Of a stretch of DNA of 64,000 nucleotides, positions 1 to 9,475 are shown in pieces. Position 1 is the first letter of the stretch, and the number at the start of each line of letters is the position of its first letter. Source of the stretch: an uncultured Caulobacter sp. GTDB taxonomy: Bacteria > Pseudomonadota > Alphaproteobacteria > Caulobacterales > Caulobacteraceae. A program made the position numbers and the translations under genes. The notes beneath the pieces are model-generated. The model saw only the letters and a list, made by a program, of their open reading frames with translations. It did no database searches and was not told where the DNA came from. The DNA is taken from assembly GCA_937991555.1 (NCBI GenBank), contig CALKHU010000135.1:1787-65786 (forward strand), written 5' to 3'.

Positions 1-1203
1 CGCCGCGCTGCCGTTTCCGGGCGCGGCTTCCTCGCCGGTCAGGGGCGCAGCTTCCCATGGAAACTCGATACCGTCGCGCCCGGACAGGCGGGCGATGGAG
101 CGGGCGGCGGCGATCCCCCGCGTGCGAAAGCCGAGGAGCGACCGGGCGGCGTCCGGCTGGAGGAGGATGAGCGGGGGGAGGCAGAAGGCGTCCACGTCCC
201 ACATCACATGGCCGTAGTAGTAGTGGTAGTCGTGCCAGGTCGCGAGGCCGAAGATCGACGTCGCGGACGGCGAGGCCGGGTGCACCGAGCTGTTGAGATA
301 GAAGAAGGCGGCGTCGACCAGCGCCTGGTGCCGCTCCTCCGCGCCCCGGATGACGATCCGACCGCCCCAGAGATCGCGCCAGGCCTCGGCGTTGCGCCGC
401 CGCAGGACGTCGAAGCCGGCCGCCTTTCCCCGCCAGACCCGCCGGACGGCCTCCTCGTCCGGGCGATGGTGCAGCAGCGAGGGGATCATCGCCACGATCT
501 GTCGCAGACGCACCGCGCCGCGTCGTGTCGCGCGCAGGCGATACTCGGTGAGGATCGGCCCTTCCGCGTCCCAGGGGCGGATTGCGCGCGCCGCTTCCCC
601 GGGGGCCAGCACTTCGCTCCAAAACGCGACGCCGCACTGGCTGAGACCGCCCTCGGTCTCCCAGAGCAGGGTTCCGTCGCAGACAGGTTTCGGCTCGCCG
701 GGCGTATCGGTCCGACGCCGCGCCACCCGTCCGCGGACGCCGTCGTGATCGACGAGCGCGCGCAGTCGAAGATCGCAAGGCGCATCGACGCGAACGGTGA
801 CCTCCTGCAGCACCAGCGCCGCCGCGGTGCGGCTGGCGAACGTCAGGACCTCGACCTCGACCCGGCGGCCGGCGGCGGAGAAGACGAAGCGGCTGGTCAG
901 TTCGCCGGTCGCGAAATCATAGGCCTGGACAAGGTCCGATGCGGCCCACGGCTGGTCGCGCAGCCATACGCCGTCGACGGCGATGTCCCCGGCAAGCGGA
1001 TAGGGGACGTTCGCCGCCCCCTCGATGCGACGCTCCGGGTGCTCGCCGACGACGCCGTTGACCAGCGCCATGCCGGCGAGCAGTGGAATCTCACGCACCC
1101 GCAGACCGATCAGGCCGTTGCTGACGTAGGCAGGCAGATCGCCGTTCCGCGGGCCCCTGGCCGCCGGCGGCGAGATCGGCCTGGAAGCGGCGTCGGAGCG
1201 CAT
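1..1203 (-). CDS. Glycoside hydrolase family 65-like protein (trehalose/maltose phosphorylase-like), 3'-truncated by the window edge
   Basis: Not in the ORF track. Hand translation from ATG 1203 gives MRSDAASRP..YVSNGLIGLR.., and in the same frame YYYGHVMWDVDAF and EFPWE, which match the GH65 YxGHxFWD and FPWE motifs. Confidence 0.75.
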   Translation of the reverse strand, partial: MRSDAASRPISPPAARGPRNGDLPAYVSNGLIGLRVREIPLLAGMALVNGVVGEHPERRIEGAANVPYPLAGDIAVDGVWLRDQPWAASDLVQAYDFATGELTSRFVFSAAGRRVEVEVLTFASRTAAALVLQEVTVRVDAPCDLRLRALVDHDGVRGRVARRRTDTPGEPKPVCDGTLLWETEGGLSQCGVAFWSEVLAPGEAARAIRPWDAEGPILTEYRLRATRRGAVRLRQIVAMIPSLLHHRPDEEAVRRVWRGKAAGFDVLRRRNAEAWRDLWGGRIVIRGAEERHQALVDAAFFYLNSSVHPASPSATSIFGLATWHDYHYYYGHVMWDVDAFCLPPLILLQPDAARSLLGFRTRGIAAARSIARLSGRDGIEFPWEAAPLTGEEAAPGNGSAA

Positions 1204-1207
1204 CGGT

Positions 1208-1879
1208 CTACTCCTCGCCGGTCAGCGCATGCGGGGCGCCGACAGGCTTGCTCTCGGGCGAGCCCCGTTCGCGGAGAAAGATCGCCAGCACGATGAGGAC
1301 GGCGGTCGACAGGAACTCGCTCTGCCAGTTCTGGAAGCTCTCGAACCAGAACTCCGGCGTCCCGAGATAGGCGACCAGACCCGGGGCGGCGTCGCCGTGC
1401 CGCTCGGCCTCGTCCATCGCCCTGCGCGCGCTGTTCATCCAGTGCAGCAGGAACGAGGCGGCGAACAGGGTCAGCAACGCGAGACCGAGGGAGTGGGCGT
1501 AGAGCGCCCTGGCCGGTCCGCCGACCCGCACCGGCCAGGGCGCGTCGGGCTTGTCGGCGTCCAGCGCCGGGTCACGCTTCTGGGGCGCAGCGCCGGGATC
1601 ATCGGGGTCGAGCGACTCCTCGGAGCCCCGCTGGAACAGATAGGCCGTCAGCATGACGTAGGCCCACATCTGCAGAAACTCGCTCTCCCAGTTCTCGAAC
1701 AGGGCCGAGAGGAAGGCGCCGCTGCCGAGGTAGGGCAGGAACGATTGAGGACCGAGGTGGTGGTCCATCCGCTCGGCGTTCTCGGCCTGCCAGCCGGTGA
1801 GCGCCTGGCCAACGATGCTGACCGCGAACAGCGCCAGCAGCGCCAGCGTCAGGCCGTTGTCCCGGAAGAACCGCTTCAT
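1208..1879 (-). CDS. DUF6766-type membrane protein
   Basis: Internally duplicated hydrophobic protein with FENWESEFLQ / FQNWQSEFLS repeats and a GSPESKPV tail. Confidence 0.75.
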   Translation of the reverse strand: MKRFFRDNGLTLALLALFAVSIVGQALTGWQAENAERMDHHLGPQSFLPYLGSGAFLSALFENWESEFLQMWAYVMLTAYLFQRGSEESLDPDDPGAAPQKRDPALDADKPDAPWPVRVGGPARALYAHSLGLALLTLFAASFLLHWMNSARRAMDEAERHGDAAPGLVAYLGTPEFWFESFQNWQSEFLSTAVLIVLAIFLRERGSPESKPVGAPHALTGEE

Positions 1880-1991
1880 CTCCGCCGCTCCGTGGAAGGT
1901 TCGACGGCGTTGGAAGCCACGGGGCCGGGACTCGTTCCGGAGTGACGGACGAGGCGAAGGGGCGTCCGGGCCGGTCGTGCGTTGTCTCTCC

Positions 1992-2765
1992 GTGCGTATC
2001 GCGACCTACAACGTCAACGGCGTCACCGCCCGCCTGCAGCGCCTTCTCGAGTGGCTCGAAGAGACGGAGCCGGACGTGGTCTGCCTGCAGGAGCTGAAGA
2101 CGCCGGACGAGCGGTTTCCGGCCGCCGAGCTGGAGGCCCTCGGCTACGGCGCGGTCTGGCGCGGCCAGAAGAGCTGGAACGGCGTCGCCATCCTGGCCCG
2201 GGGACGGCCCATCATCGAGACCCGCCGGAAACTCCCGGGCGAATCCGCCGACGCCCAGGCGCGCTACGTCGAGGCGGCAGTCGATGGCGTCCTCATCGCC
2301 TCGCTGTACGCCCCGAACGGCAACCCTGTCGGCAGTGACCGGTTCGAGGCGAAGCTGCGCTGGTACGACCGGTTCGCCAGCCACGCCGCGCGGCTCCTCG
2401 AGAGCGGCGCGCCGGTCGTGCTGGCCGGCGACTACAACATCATGCCGACGGACCTCGACGTCTATGCGCCGGATCGCTGGCGGGACGACGCCCTCTTCCA
2501 GCCCGCGCTGAAGGACACGTTCGCGAAGCTCGTGGCCGCCGGCTGGACGGACGCGCTCCGGTCCCGGCATCCGGACGAGCGCGTCTATACCTTCTGGAAG
2601 TACCTCCGGAACGCCTACGCCCGAGACGCCGGTCTCCGCATTGACCACCTGCTGCTCAGCCCCGCGGCGGCGGCGCGGATGCGCGATGTCGGCGTCGACC
2701 GCGCGTGGCGGGGACGCCCCGGGGCCAGCGATCACGCGCCGGTCTGGGTCGAGCTCGCCGACTAG
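1992..2765 (+). CDS. xth: Exodeoxyribonuclease III
   Basis: RIATYNVNG, LQELK, GDYN, RIDHLL and SDHAPV motifs; start moved to GTG 1992. Confidence 0.92.
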   Translation: MRIATYNVNGVTARLQRLLEWLEETEPDVVCLQELKTPDERFPAAELEALGYGAVWRGQKSWNGVAILARGRPIIETRRKLPGESADAQARYVEAAVDGVLIASLYAPNGNPVGSDRFEAKLRWYDRFASHAARLLESGAPVVLAGDYNIMPTDLDVYAPDRWRDDALFQPALKDTFAKLVAAGWTDALRSRHPDERVYTFWKYLRNAYARDAGLRIDHLLLSPAAAARMRDVGVDRAWRGRPGASDHAPVWVELAD

Positions 2766-2959
2766 CCGGAGTGGACCATGTCTCGCGCCTGGCTCCGGGC
2801 GATCAGCGCCCTGAGGTCGGCGCGGATCTTCGAGCCGTCCAGATGCGAGTCGATGTGGGTGTAGCCCTCGGCGCTCAGCTTCATCTTGACGTGCAGGATG
2901 TCCGGCGCGTCGCCCGAGGCGGCGAGTTCGTAGGCGCGTTCAATGATGTTCCGGTGCAC
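2762..2959 (-). CDS. Small hypothetical protein (65 aa)
   Basis: GTG start after a GAGGGA RBS; VHRNIIERAYELAASG..KLSAEGY.. It is the 3' end of the otherwise spurious 2762..4864 ORF. Confidence 0.6.
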   Translation of the reverse strand: MHRNIIERAYELAASGDAPDILHVKMKLSAEGYTHIDSHLDGSKIRADLRALIARSQARDMVHSG

Positions 2960-3079
2960 AGGCGGTCTGGTCCCTCTTGATGGAACCCCTCCCGACCTGA
3001 GGGATGCTCGCATAGCATGAAAGCGGCGGTCTGTCGCATTGGCGACAGAAGACGGGGCTTCGCCCGGAAGGGTCGCCGA

Positions 3080-3093
3080 TTGAGCGCGATCAA
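3080..3093. promoter_or_regulatory. FNR/FixK box TTGAGCGCGATCAA
   Basis: Matches TTGA-N6-TCAA, upstream of the USP gene. Confidence 0.8.
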
Positions 3094-3145
3094 TGCCGGC
3101 CGCGACTTTTCGTCCTGATGTGCCGTCACGCAAGGAGAGCCGGCC

Positions 3146-4000
3146 ATGACCTACGCCAACATCCTGACCCTCGCTTCGGGCGGCGAGGAAGACGCCGTCA
3201 CCCTCGCGCTGGCGGCGGACCTCGCCGTGCAGCACGGCGCGATGGCGCGGGTGCTCAGCATCATGCCGGAACTCTGGGCCACCCCCGGCGGCAGTTGGGG
3301 CGAGGGCTTCTACGCCGCCGAGATCTGGAGCGCGCTGCTGGACGCCAACGCCGAGACCCAGAAGAAGCTGCTGGCCCGCGCCAACGCCATCGCGCGCGAG
3401 GCCGGACTGCCCTTCGGGGCGACGGAAGGACCGGGGCTGACGATGCTCGACCAGGCCCTGACGCTCTGGCGCGGCCTGGATTCGGAACTCCCGCTGACCG
3501 ACCTGGTCGTAGCGGGGCCCTGGCATGTCCGCCGCGACGGTCCCTGGCTGGGCGTGCTCGGCGAGGTGGTGATGTCCGGTCACGCCCCGCTTCTGATCGC
3601 GCGCGAGACCAAGGCGCCCGCCGGACGCCCGGCCGTCGTCTTCTGGGACGGCAGCCTGGAGGCGGGCCGGGCGGCCCGCGCCGCCGCGCCGCTGCTTCGC
3701 CAGGCGTCCGAGACGCTGATCGTCCAGCAGGCGGCCCGCCTGGACGACGCCGAACGCGACCATTCCGATCCGGCGCTTCTCGCCGCCTATCTGGGGCGGC
3801 GCGGGGTGGAAAAGGCGTCTGTCGTGCGGACGCTCTCCAGCGGCGAGGACGATCTCGCCGTCGCCGCGATGTCCTACCAGCCCGGCCTGCTGGTCGCGGG
3901 CGCCTACGGCCACTCGCGCCTCGGGGAAAGCCTGTTCGGCGGCGCGACCCGACGCTTCCTCGCCATCGAGGACGGGCCGAGCCTCCTCATCGCCCACTAG
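3146..4000 (+). CDS. Universal stress protein (tandem USP)
   Basis: WDGSLEAGRA and GAYGHSRLGESLFGGATR motifs. Confidence 0.88.
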   Translation: MTYANILTLASGGEEDAVTLALAADLAVQHGAMARVLSIMPELWATPGGSWGEGFYAAEIWSALLDANAETQKKLLARANAIAREAGLPFGATEGPGLTMLDQALTLWRGLDSELPLTDLVVAGPWHVRRDGPWLGVLGEVVMSGHAPLLIARETKAPAGRPAVVFWDGSLEAGRAARAAAPLLRQASETLIVQQAARLDDAERDHSDPALLAAYLGRRGVEKASVVRTLSSGEDDLAVAAMSYQPGLLVAGAYGHSRLGESLFGGATRRFLAIEDGPSLLIAH

Positions 4001-4032
4001 CGGCGTCCGCCGGGGCGCAGTCGCGCCGGGCG

Positions 4033-4800
4033 TCAGCGCGCGGTGTAGCCGCCGTCGATGACCAGTTCGGACCCGGTCACGAAGCGGGACTCGTCCGCGG
4101 CGAGGTAGACGGCGCCCCAGGCGATGTCGTCCGGCTCGCCAAGGTGGCCGAGCGGATGGAGGGCGGATACGGCGGCGACGCCCTCCTCGACATCGCCCAT
4201 CGACTCCAGGTGATGCTGGACCATCGGCGTGCGGATGAAGCCGGGATGGATGGAGTTCACCCGGATCCGGTCGGGCGCATAGGTCAGCGCGTCGGTCTTC
4301 GTCATCAGCCGGACCGCGCCCTTGGAGGCGTGATACGGCGGGACGTCGGGGGCCCCGACGAGGCCGTAGATCGAGGACAGGTTGATGATGCTGCCGCCCC
4401 CGGCCGCACGCAGGGCCGGGATGGCGTGCTTGGTGCAGAAGAAGACGCCCTTGACGTTGATCCCCTGCACGAAGTCCCACTCGGCCTCGGTCAACTCGTG
4501 CGTCGGCTTGTTGGCGCCGGAGACGCCGGCGTTGTTCACCAGCACGTCGATGCGGCCGAAGTGTCGGACGACGTCGGCGAACACCTCGGCGACCTGCTGC
4601 TCGTTCGAGACGTCGCAGCGCCAGTAGCGCGCCTCGCCGCCGCGGACCGCGACGTCCGCCGCCGCGGCTTCGCCTTCGGGATCGAGCAGGTCGAGAATGG
4701 CGACGCGAGCGCCCTCCTGCGCCATACGCAGGGCGATCGCCCGGCCGATGCCGAGTCCGCCGCCGGTGATCACGGCGACCTTGTCCTTGAGCCGTTCCAT
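4033..4800 (-). CDS. SDR family oxidoreductase
   Basis: TGGGLGIG, NNAG and YHASK motifs. Confidence 0.92.
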   Translation of the reverse strand: MERLKDKVAVITGGGLGIGRAIALRMAQEGARVAILDLLDPEGEAAAADVAVRGGEARYWRCDVSNEQQVAEVFADVVRHFGRIDVLVNNAGVSGANKPTHELTEAEWDFVQGINVKGVFFCTKHAIPALRAAGGGSIINLSSIYGLVGAPDVPPYHASKGAVRLMTKTDALTYAPDRIRVNSIHPGFIRTPMVQHHLESMGDVEEGVAAVSALHPLGHLGEPDDIAWGAVYLAADESRFVTGSELVIDGGYTAR

Positions 4801-4894
4801 CAAGGCCTCCCTGGAAGACGTGCAGAGCGGTGACGCCGTTCAAGGCGCCGCGTACTCCGGTCAACGCAGACTAGACGGACGCCGTAGGCGGCCA

Positions 4895-4908
4895 TTGACG
4901 CCGATCAA
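4895..4908. promoter_or_regulatory. FNR/FixK box TTGACGCCGATCAA
   Basis: Consensus match upstream of the SDR gene. Confidence 0.75.
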
Positions 4909-4914
4909 CGGAGC

Positions 4915-5535
4915 TCAGGCGCCGGCCCGGCCGAGGGCCTCCATGCGGCTGAACCAGCGCGCCACCCGCGCCGGAGAGGGCTTCAGCGCGCCGCCCAGGA
5001 TGGTATGGCGCACCGGCTGGACGCCCGTGACCCAGAACAGGCCGCGCTCCAGCGCGCCCAGCCCGTGCCCCCCCAGGACCAGGTGGAAGATCGTCGTCGG
5101 CAGGCCCATGGTGACGATCAGCCGCGCCGACTTTCCGGTCAGGAGGCTCTGCATCGGCCGACTCGGCGAGGACAGCGCGAACCCCCGGCGCAGCAGCTGT
5201 TCGAAGAATCCCTTCAGGTGCGCGGGAAGGCCCCCGAACCAGATGGGGAAGACGATGACGATGTGGTCGGCGGCGGCGACGGCCTCCTGGGCGGCGGCGA
5301 TGTCCGCGGGCATCGGCGCGGCGCCGTACTCTTCCAGCGACCGGATCAGGGGAAAGTCCAGCGCGCCGACGTCCAGCGTCGTCACCTCTCGGCCGGCGGC
5401 GCGCGCCCCGCGGACGTAGGCGGCGGCGAGGGCGGCGCACAGGTGGGTCGGCGCCGGATCGGGATGGCCATTGAGGACCAGGATCCGTCGCGCCCCGCCG
5501 CGCGGCGGGGCCGGGGCGGCCGAGGCGTCGGTCAT
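4915..5535 (-). CDS. NAD(P)H-dependent quinone oxidoreductase, flavodoxin-2 fold
   Basis: ILVLNGHP and FPIWFGGLPAHLKGFFE motifs. Confidence 0.85.
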   Translation of the reverse strand: MTDASAAPAPPRGGARRILVLNGHPDPAPTHLCAALAAAYVRGARAAGREVTTLDVGALDFPLIRSLEEYGAAPMPADIAAAQEAVAAADHIVIVFPIWFGGLPAHLKGFFEQLLRRGFALSSPSRPMQSLLTGKSARLIVTMGLPTTIFHLVLGGHGLGALERGLFWVTGVQPVRHTILGGALKPSPARVARWFSRMEALGRAGA

Positions 5536-5687
5536 GGCGCGGCCGTTCGCGGCGGGCTGACCCACGGCGGAACCGGACGGCTGTAGAGGCAGCCGCCGAC
5601 CACCGCGAGGGCGAGCAGGACGATGGCCGCAGCGACGAGGAGCTGCACCCTTCTGCGCCGGGGGACGCGGGCCGGCTGGTCACTCAT
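5532..5687 (-). CDS. Small single-pass membrane protein (51 aa)
   Basis: Not in the ORF track. AGGAG RBS; MSDQPARVPRRRRVQLLVAAAIVLLALAVVGGCLYSRPVPPW..; ATGA overlap with the downstream reductase. Confidence 0.6.
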   Translation of the reverse strand: MSDQPARVPRRRRVQLLVAAAIVLLALAVVGGCLYSRPVPPWVSPPRTAAP

Positions 5688-5776
5688 GGCGACGACTCCT
5701 GGTCCAGGGCGAACCCCGGGGACGACATGGCGGCGATTGCCACCGTGGAATGTCTGTCCGTCCGGCGTGCGCCGCC

Positions 5777-5790
5777 TTGAGCGAGATCAA
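5777..5790. promoter_or_regulatory. FNR/FixK box TTGAGCGAGATCAA
   Basis: Consensus match in a divergent intergenic region. Confidence 0.78.
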
Positions 5791-5824
5791 GGGCCGGGCG
5801 CGAAGACCATGATCTGGGTCCGGA

Positions 5825-6340
5825 ATGATCGCCACGCATCGATGTCAACGCTACGGCGGCTTCCCGGCTCGTTCCCTCGCCGGCGCAGCGGCCTGCCTGA
5901 TGCTGGCGGGCTGCGTTACGACCACGACCGGATCGGGCTCGTCCTCCATCGATGAAGCGGCGACCGGACCGCTGCGGGACGTCGGCATCGTCCGGCGTGC
6001 TCCCGATCCCGTCCTGGCGGCTGTGGCCGACGCCCCCTATGCGCTGACGGAACCCGTCGACTGCGCCGGCTTACGCGCCGAGATCGCCGTTCTCGACGGC
6101 GTGCTCGGCCCGGACGTTGATGCGACGCCGCAGTCGAAATCCAACGCCGTCGACGACCTGGCGTCCGGTGCGGTGGGCGGCCTGGTGGACGTTCCGTTCC
6201 GGGGCGTCATCCGCCGCCTCTCGGGGTCGGACGCGCGGGACAAGGCGTTGCGCAGGGCGATCCTTGCAGGACAGCTGCGGCGGGCGTTCCTGAAGGGCGT
6301 GGCTGTCGCACGGGCCTGTCCGGCGGCAATCGGTCCCTAG
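5825..6340 (+). CDS. Hypothetical lipoprotein
   Basis: Signal peptide with LAGC lipobox; start uncertain. Confidence 0.65.
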   Translation: MIATHRCQRYGGFPARSLAGAAACLMLAGCVTTTTGSGSSSIDEAATGPLRDVGIVRRAPDPVLAAVADAPYALTEPVDCAGLRAEIAVLDGVLGPDVDATPQSKSNAVDDLASGAVGGLVDVPFRGVIRRLSGSDARDKALRRAILAGQLRRAFLKGVAVARACPAAIGP

Positions 6341-6351
6341 GGCGCCGCCCG

Positions 6352-6365
6352 TTGAGCGAAGTCAA
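6352..6365. promoter_or_regulatory. FNR/FixK box TTGAGCGAAGTCAA
   Basis: Consensus match upstream of the second USP. Confidence 0.78.
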
Positions 6366-6420
6366 CGCCGAAGCCGGCGCCGGCTGCCAGTCTCACCGAA
6401 ACTCCACAGGCGAGGACGCC

Positions 6421-7260
6421 ATGTACCAGGATATCCTGCTTCACCTCGACACCTACCCCGATCCGACGCCGATCGAGGCCCTGCCGGGCCTGATCGACTT
6501 CTGTTCGATGCTGGGCGCCAATGTCACGGCGGCGGTCGCGCAGGTCACTCTGCCCGCCAGGAGCAACAGCATCGCGGAAGGCCTGCTGGGCCTGAGCGAG
6601 ATGGCCAAGGGGCTCGAACTGCGGTGCCGAAAGGAGAGCGACGCATTGCTCGAGCGGTTCGACCAGCTCGCCACGGCGGCCGGTCTCAGGCACGAAGCGT
6701 CCGTCATCCGCGTCAACGCCCAGTTCCTGGCCGAAGAGGTCGCGAGGAGGGCGCGGACGCACGACGTCGCGGTGGTCGCTCGGGCCAGCAACGCCGACGG
6801 CCAGCGCAGCATCGCCGAGGCGGTGCTCTTCGGCGCCGGACGGCCGGTCGTCCTGCTGCCGATCACGGGAGAGCGCTCGGGCAGGGGCCTCAAGCGTGTC
6901 GCGGTGGCCTGGGACGGTTCACGATCAGCGGCGCGCGCCGTCGCCGACGCCATGCCGCTGCTGACGGCCGCCGACGCGGTCGACATCGTCTCGGTGACGT
7001 CGGACAAGCCCAAGCCGGGCGCGGCCACGGTCGCCGAACTCGTAAGTCACCTTGCGCGGCATGGCGTGACCGCCGGCGCCGTGACTCTGGACGCTGCGTC
7101 CGAGTCCGCGGCGTCGCTGATCGCCAGGCACGCGGGGGAGCGCGCCGACCTCCTCGTCATGGGCGGATACGGCCACGCCCGGATGCTGGAGTTCGTGCTC
7201 GGCGGCGTCACCGAAACGATCCTCTCCGATCCTCCGACGCCGGTGTTCCTCTCGCACTGA
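6421..7260 (+). CDS. Universal stress protein
   Basis: AWDGSRSAARA and MGGYGHARMLEFVLGGVT motifs; ATG 6421 after GAGGA. Confidence 0.9.
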   Translation: MYQDILLHLDTYPDPTPIEALPGLIDFCSMLGANVTAAVAQVTLPARSNSIAEGLLGLSEMAKGLELRCRKESDALLERFDQLATAAGLRHEASVIRVNAQFLAEEVARRARTHDVAVVARASNADGQRSIAEAVLFGAGRPVVLLPITGERSGRGLKRVAVAWDGSRSAARAVADAMPLLTAADAVDIVSVTSDKPKPGAATVAELVSHLARHGVTAGAVTLDAASESAASLIARHAGERADLLVMGGYGHARMLEFVLGGVTETILSDPPTPVFLSH

Positions 7261-7284
7261 GACGGACGGCGCCGATGACCGGCT

Positions 7285-7890
7285 TCAGAGCCCCGCGCGG
7301 AAGGCGAGCCGCATAAGGTCCGCCACGGTCCGCGCGCCGGTCTTGGTCATCAGGTTGGCGCGGTAGATCTCGACGGTCCGGGGACTGATGTCGAGTTCGT
7401 GGCCGATCAGCTTGTTCTGCTTGCCGGCCACGACGCCCAGAAGGACGTCGTGCTCCCGCGGCGACAGCGTGGCGATCAACCGTCTCGCCTCCTCGTCGCC
7501 GCCGACGGTCGAGCCGGCCTCGGCGGACGCCAGCGCATTGGAGACGGCCTTCAGCAGCACCGCGTCGTCGAACGGCTTCTCGATGAAGTCGCTGACGCCG
7601 GCCCGCATGGCTTCGACCGCCAGCGGAATGTCGCCGTGCCCCGTCATCACCACCACGGGCGCAGACACGCCGCGCGCCTTGAGCTCCCGAACGAGCTCCA
7701 GCCCGCTCATCCGGGGCATGCGGACATCGGTGACGATGCAGCGGATGGACTGGCCGGGGAGGGCGGCGAGAAACTCCGGCGCCGAGGCGTAGCTGGCGAC
7801 CTCGTAGCCGTGCACATCGAGGAGGAAGGCCAGCGCGTCGCGGACGGCGGCGTCATCGTCGATCACATGGATGAGCACCCTATCGTCCAT
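7285..7890 (-). CDS. fixJ: Response regulator FixJ
   Basis: IDDD..TDVRMP receiver plus LuxR HTH ([16 protein letters not shown]); coupled to fixL. Confidence 0.93.
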   Translation of the reverse strand: MDDRVLIHVIDDDAAVRDALAFLLDVHGYEVASYASAPEFLAALPGQSIRCIVTDVRMPRMSGLELVRELKARGVSAPVVVMTGHGDIPLAVEAMRAGVSDFIEKPFDDAVLLKAVSNALASAEAGSTVGGDEEARRLIATLSPREHDVLLGVVAGKQNKLIGHELDISPRTVEIYRANLMTKTGARTVADLMRLAFRAGL

Positions 7891-9367
7891 CGATCGCCTC
7901 CTGGTCCGCCAGCGGCAGGGTGAAGCTGAACGTGGCGCCGCCGCGCTCGTTGCCCTCGGCCCAGATCCGTCCGCCGTGCGACTCGATGATGGTCCTGCAG
8001 ATCGACAGGCCCACGCCCATTCCCTGGGCCTTGGTGGTGAAGAAGGGCTCGAACAGGCGGCTCGCGACCTGTGGCTCGATTCCCGCGCCCGTATCCCGAA
8101 CGATGATCGCCACGGCCTCCTCGCCATACTGCTCGACGGCGAGCTCCAGCTCGCGGACGTCCGATCCGTCCATGGCTTCGATGGCGTTGCGGATCAGGTT
8201 GAGGATTACCTGCTGCACCTGCACCTTGTCGACGACGACCCGGCCCAGATTGCGGCCGAAACGCATCGAGACGCGCATGCCGCGTTCGCGCGCCCCCACA
8301 AGCGCCAGGGCGCTGGCCTCCTCCATAAGCTTGGTGGGGTCCTCGACGGTGTGTTCTGTCTCGCCCTTGGCGACGAACTCGCGCAGACGCTGGATGATCT
8401 CGCCGGCGCGAAGCGCCTGCTCGGCCGCGCGGTCCAGCGCCCGCTCGAGCTTCTCCGGATCAGGCGCTTCCTGCTTCAGCAACGCCTTGCCGCCCCGCAG
8501 GAAGCTGACGATCGCCAGCAGCGGCTGGTTCAGCTCGTGTGCGATCGAGGACGCCATGTCGCCCATGGCGGTCAGCCGCGAGACATGGACGAGCTCGGCC
8601 TGAAGCTCCTGCAGTCGCCGCTCCTGGTCGCGCCGCTCCGTCAGGTCGCGCACGAAGCCGGTGAAGAACCGCTCGGGTCCGACCAGGGCCTCGCCCACCG
8701 CCAGCTCCATCGGAAAGGTGCTGCCGTCCTTGCGCTCGCCGACCACGATGCGGCCGACGCCTATGATGCGCCGCTCGCCCGTGGTCATGTAACGGTCGAG
8801 ATAGCCGTCATGCTCGACCCGGTACGGTTGCGGCATCAGCATGCTGACATTGCGCCCGACCGCCTCGACCTCGCTCCAGCCGAACAGCCGCGTCGCCGCG
8901 GCGCTGAAGGACCGCATGACGCCGTGGGAGTCGATGACGATCATCGCCTCCGGGACCGTGTCCAGGATCGACTGCAGGTGGGCCTCGCGGGCGGCCGTAT
9001 CCCGGGCGCTCCGGCGAAGCCGCTCGCCCACCGAGGCGATGATCGGCGAGAGGACAAGGAAGAGGCCGAGGTTGATCAGGTTCGAGGGGTGTCGCCAGAA
9101 GCCATCGCCGGTCAACGTGATGCAGCCGGCGACGGACAATCCCGCCGCCAGCAGCCCGGGCCGCCAGCCGCCGAGGCCGGACGCCAGAAGCAACACCGGC
9201 ACGTAGAGCATGAAGATCGCGCGATCGCCGATCAGCGGCTCGATCCACACGCGCACCGCGAGCGCCAGGGCCGAACCGCCGATCGCGGCGACGTAACCCC
9301 ATGGGACGCCGCGCGGGAACAGCCGCCGGATGTACCCCGCTATGCCCGGTTGCCCGCTCAGGCTCAT
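7880..9367 (-). CDS. fixL: Heme-PAS O2 sensor histidine kinase FixL
   Basis: N-terminal TM helices, [25 protein letters not shown] heme-PAS, AHELNQP H-box, GMGVGLSI; start approximate. Confidence 0.95.
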   Translation of the reverse strand: MSLSGQPGIAGYIRRLFPRGVPWGYVAAIGGSALALAVRVWIEPLIGDRAIFMLYVPVLLLASGLGGWRPGLLAAGLSVAGCITLTGDGFWRHPSNLINLGLFLVLSPIIASVGERLRRSARDTAAREAHLQSILDTVPEAMIVIDSHGVMRSFSAAATRLFGWSEVEAVGRNVSMLMPQPYRVEHDGYLDRYMTTGERRIIGVGRIVVGERKDGSTFPMELAVGEALVGPERFFTGFVRDLTERRDQERRLQELQAELVHVSRLTAMGDMASSIAHELNQPLLAIVSFLRGGKALLKQEAPDPEKLERALDRAAEQALRAGEIIQRLREFVAKGETEHTVEDPTKLMEEASALALVGARERGMRVSMRFGRNLGRVVVDKVQVQQVILNLIRNAIEAMDGSDVRELELAVEQYGEEAVAIIVRDTGAGIEPQVASRLFEPFFTTKAQGMGVGLSICRTIIESHGGRIWAEGNERGGATFSFTLPLADQEAIDGR

Positions 9368-9427
9368 GGGCCGAAACTCCCCCGTCTCACGGCAGGATAC
9401 TCGCATGGCGCGATCCTGGTGAGCCAG

Positions 9428-9441
9428 TTGATCTGGAACAA
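9428..9441. promoter_or_regulatory. FNR/FixK-like box TTGATCTGGAACAA
   Basis: One mismatch; between divergent fixL and the L,D-transpeptidase. Confidence 0.5.
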
Positions 9442-9475
9442 ACTGTCGCGATGTCCAATGGCGCAGAATTGTTCG

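Noticed and set aside
208-1296. 362-aa plus-strand ORF
   Set aside because: Antisense shadow of the GH65-like gene; no motifs
1913-1938. SigT-like promoter upstream of DUF6766 (GGAAC-N16-GCTT)
   Set aside because: The -10 element does not match CGTT; too weak to call
7871-9475. Apparent 1033-aa protein (N-terminal extension of the L,D-transpeptidase)
   Set aside because: The extension is the stop-free antisense frame of fixL, common in high-GC DNA
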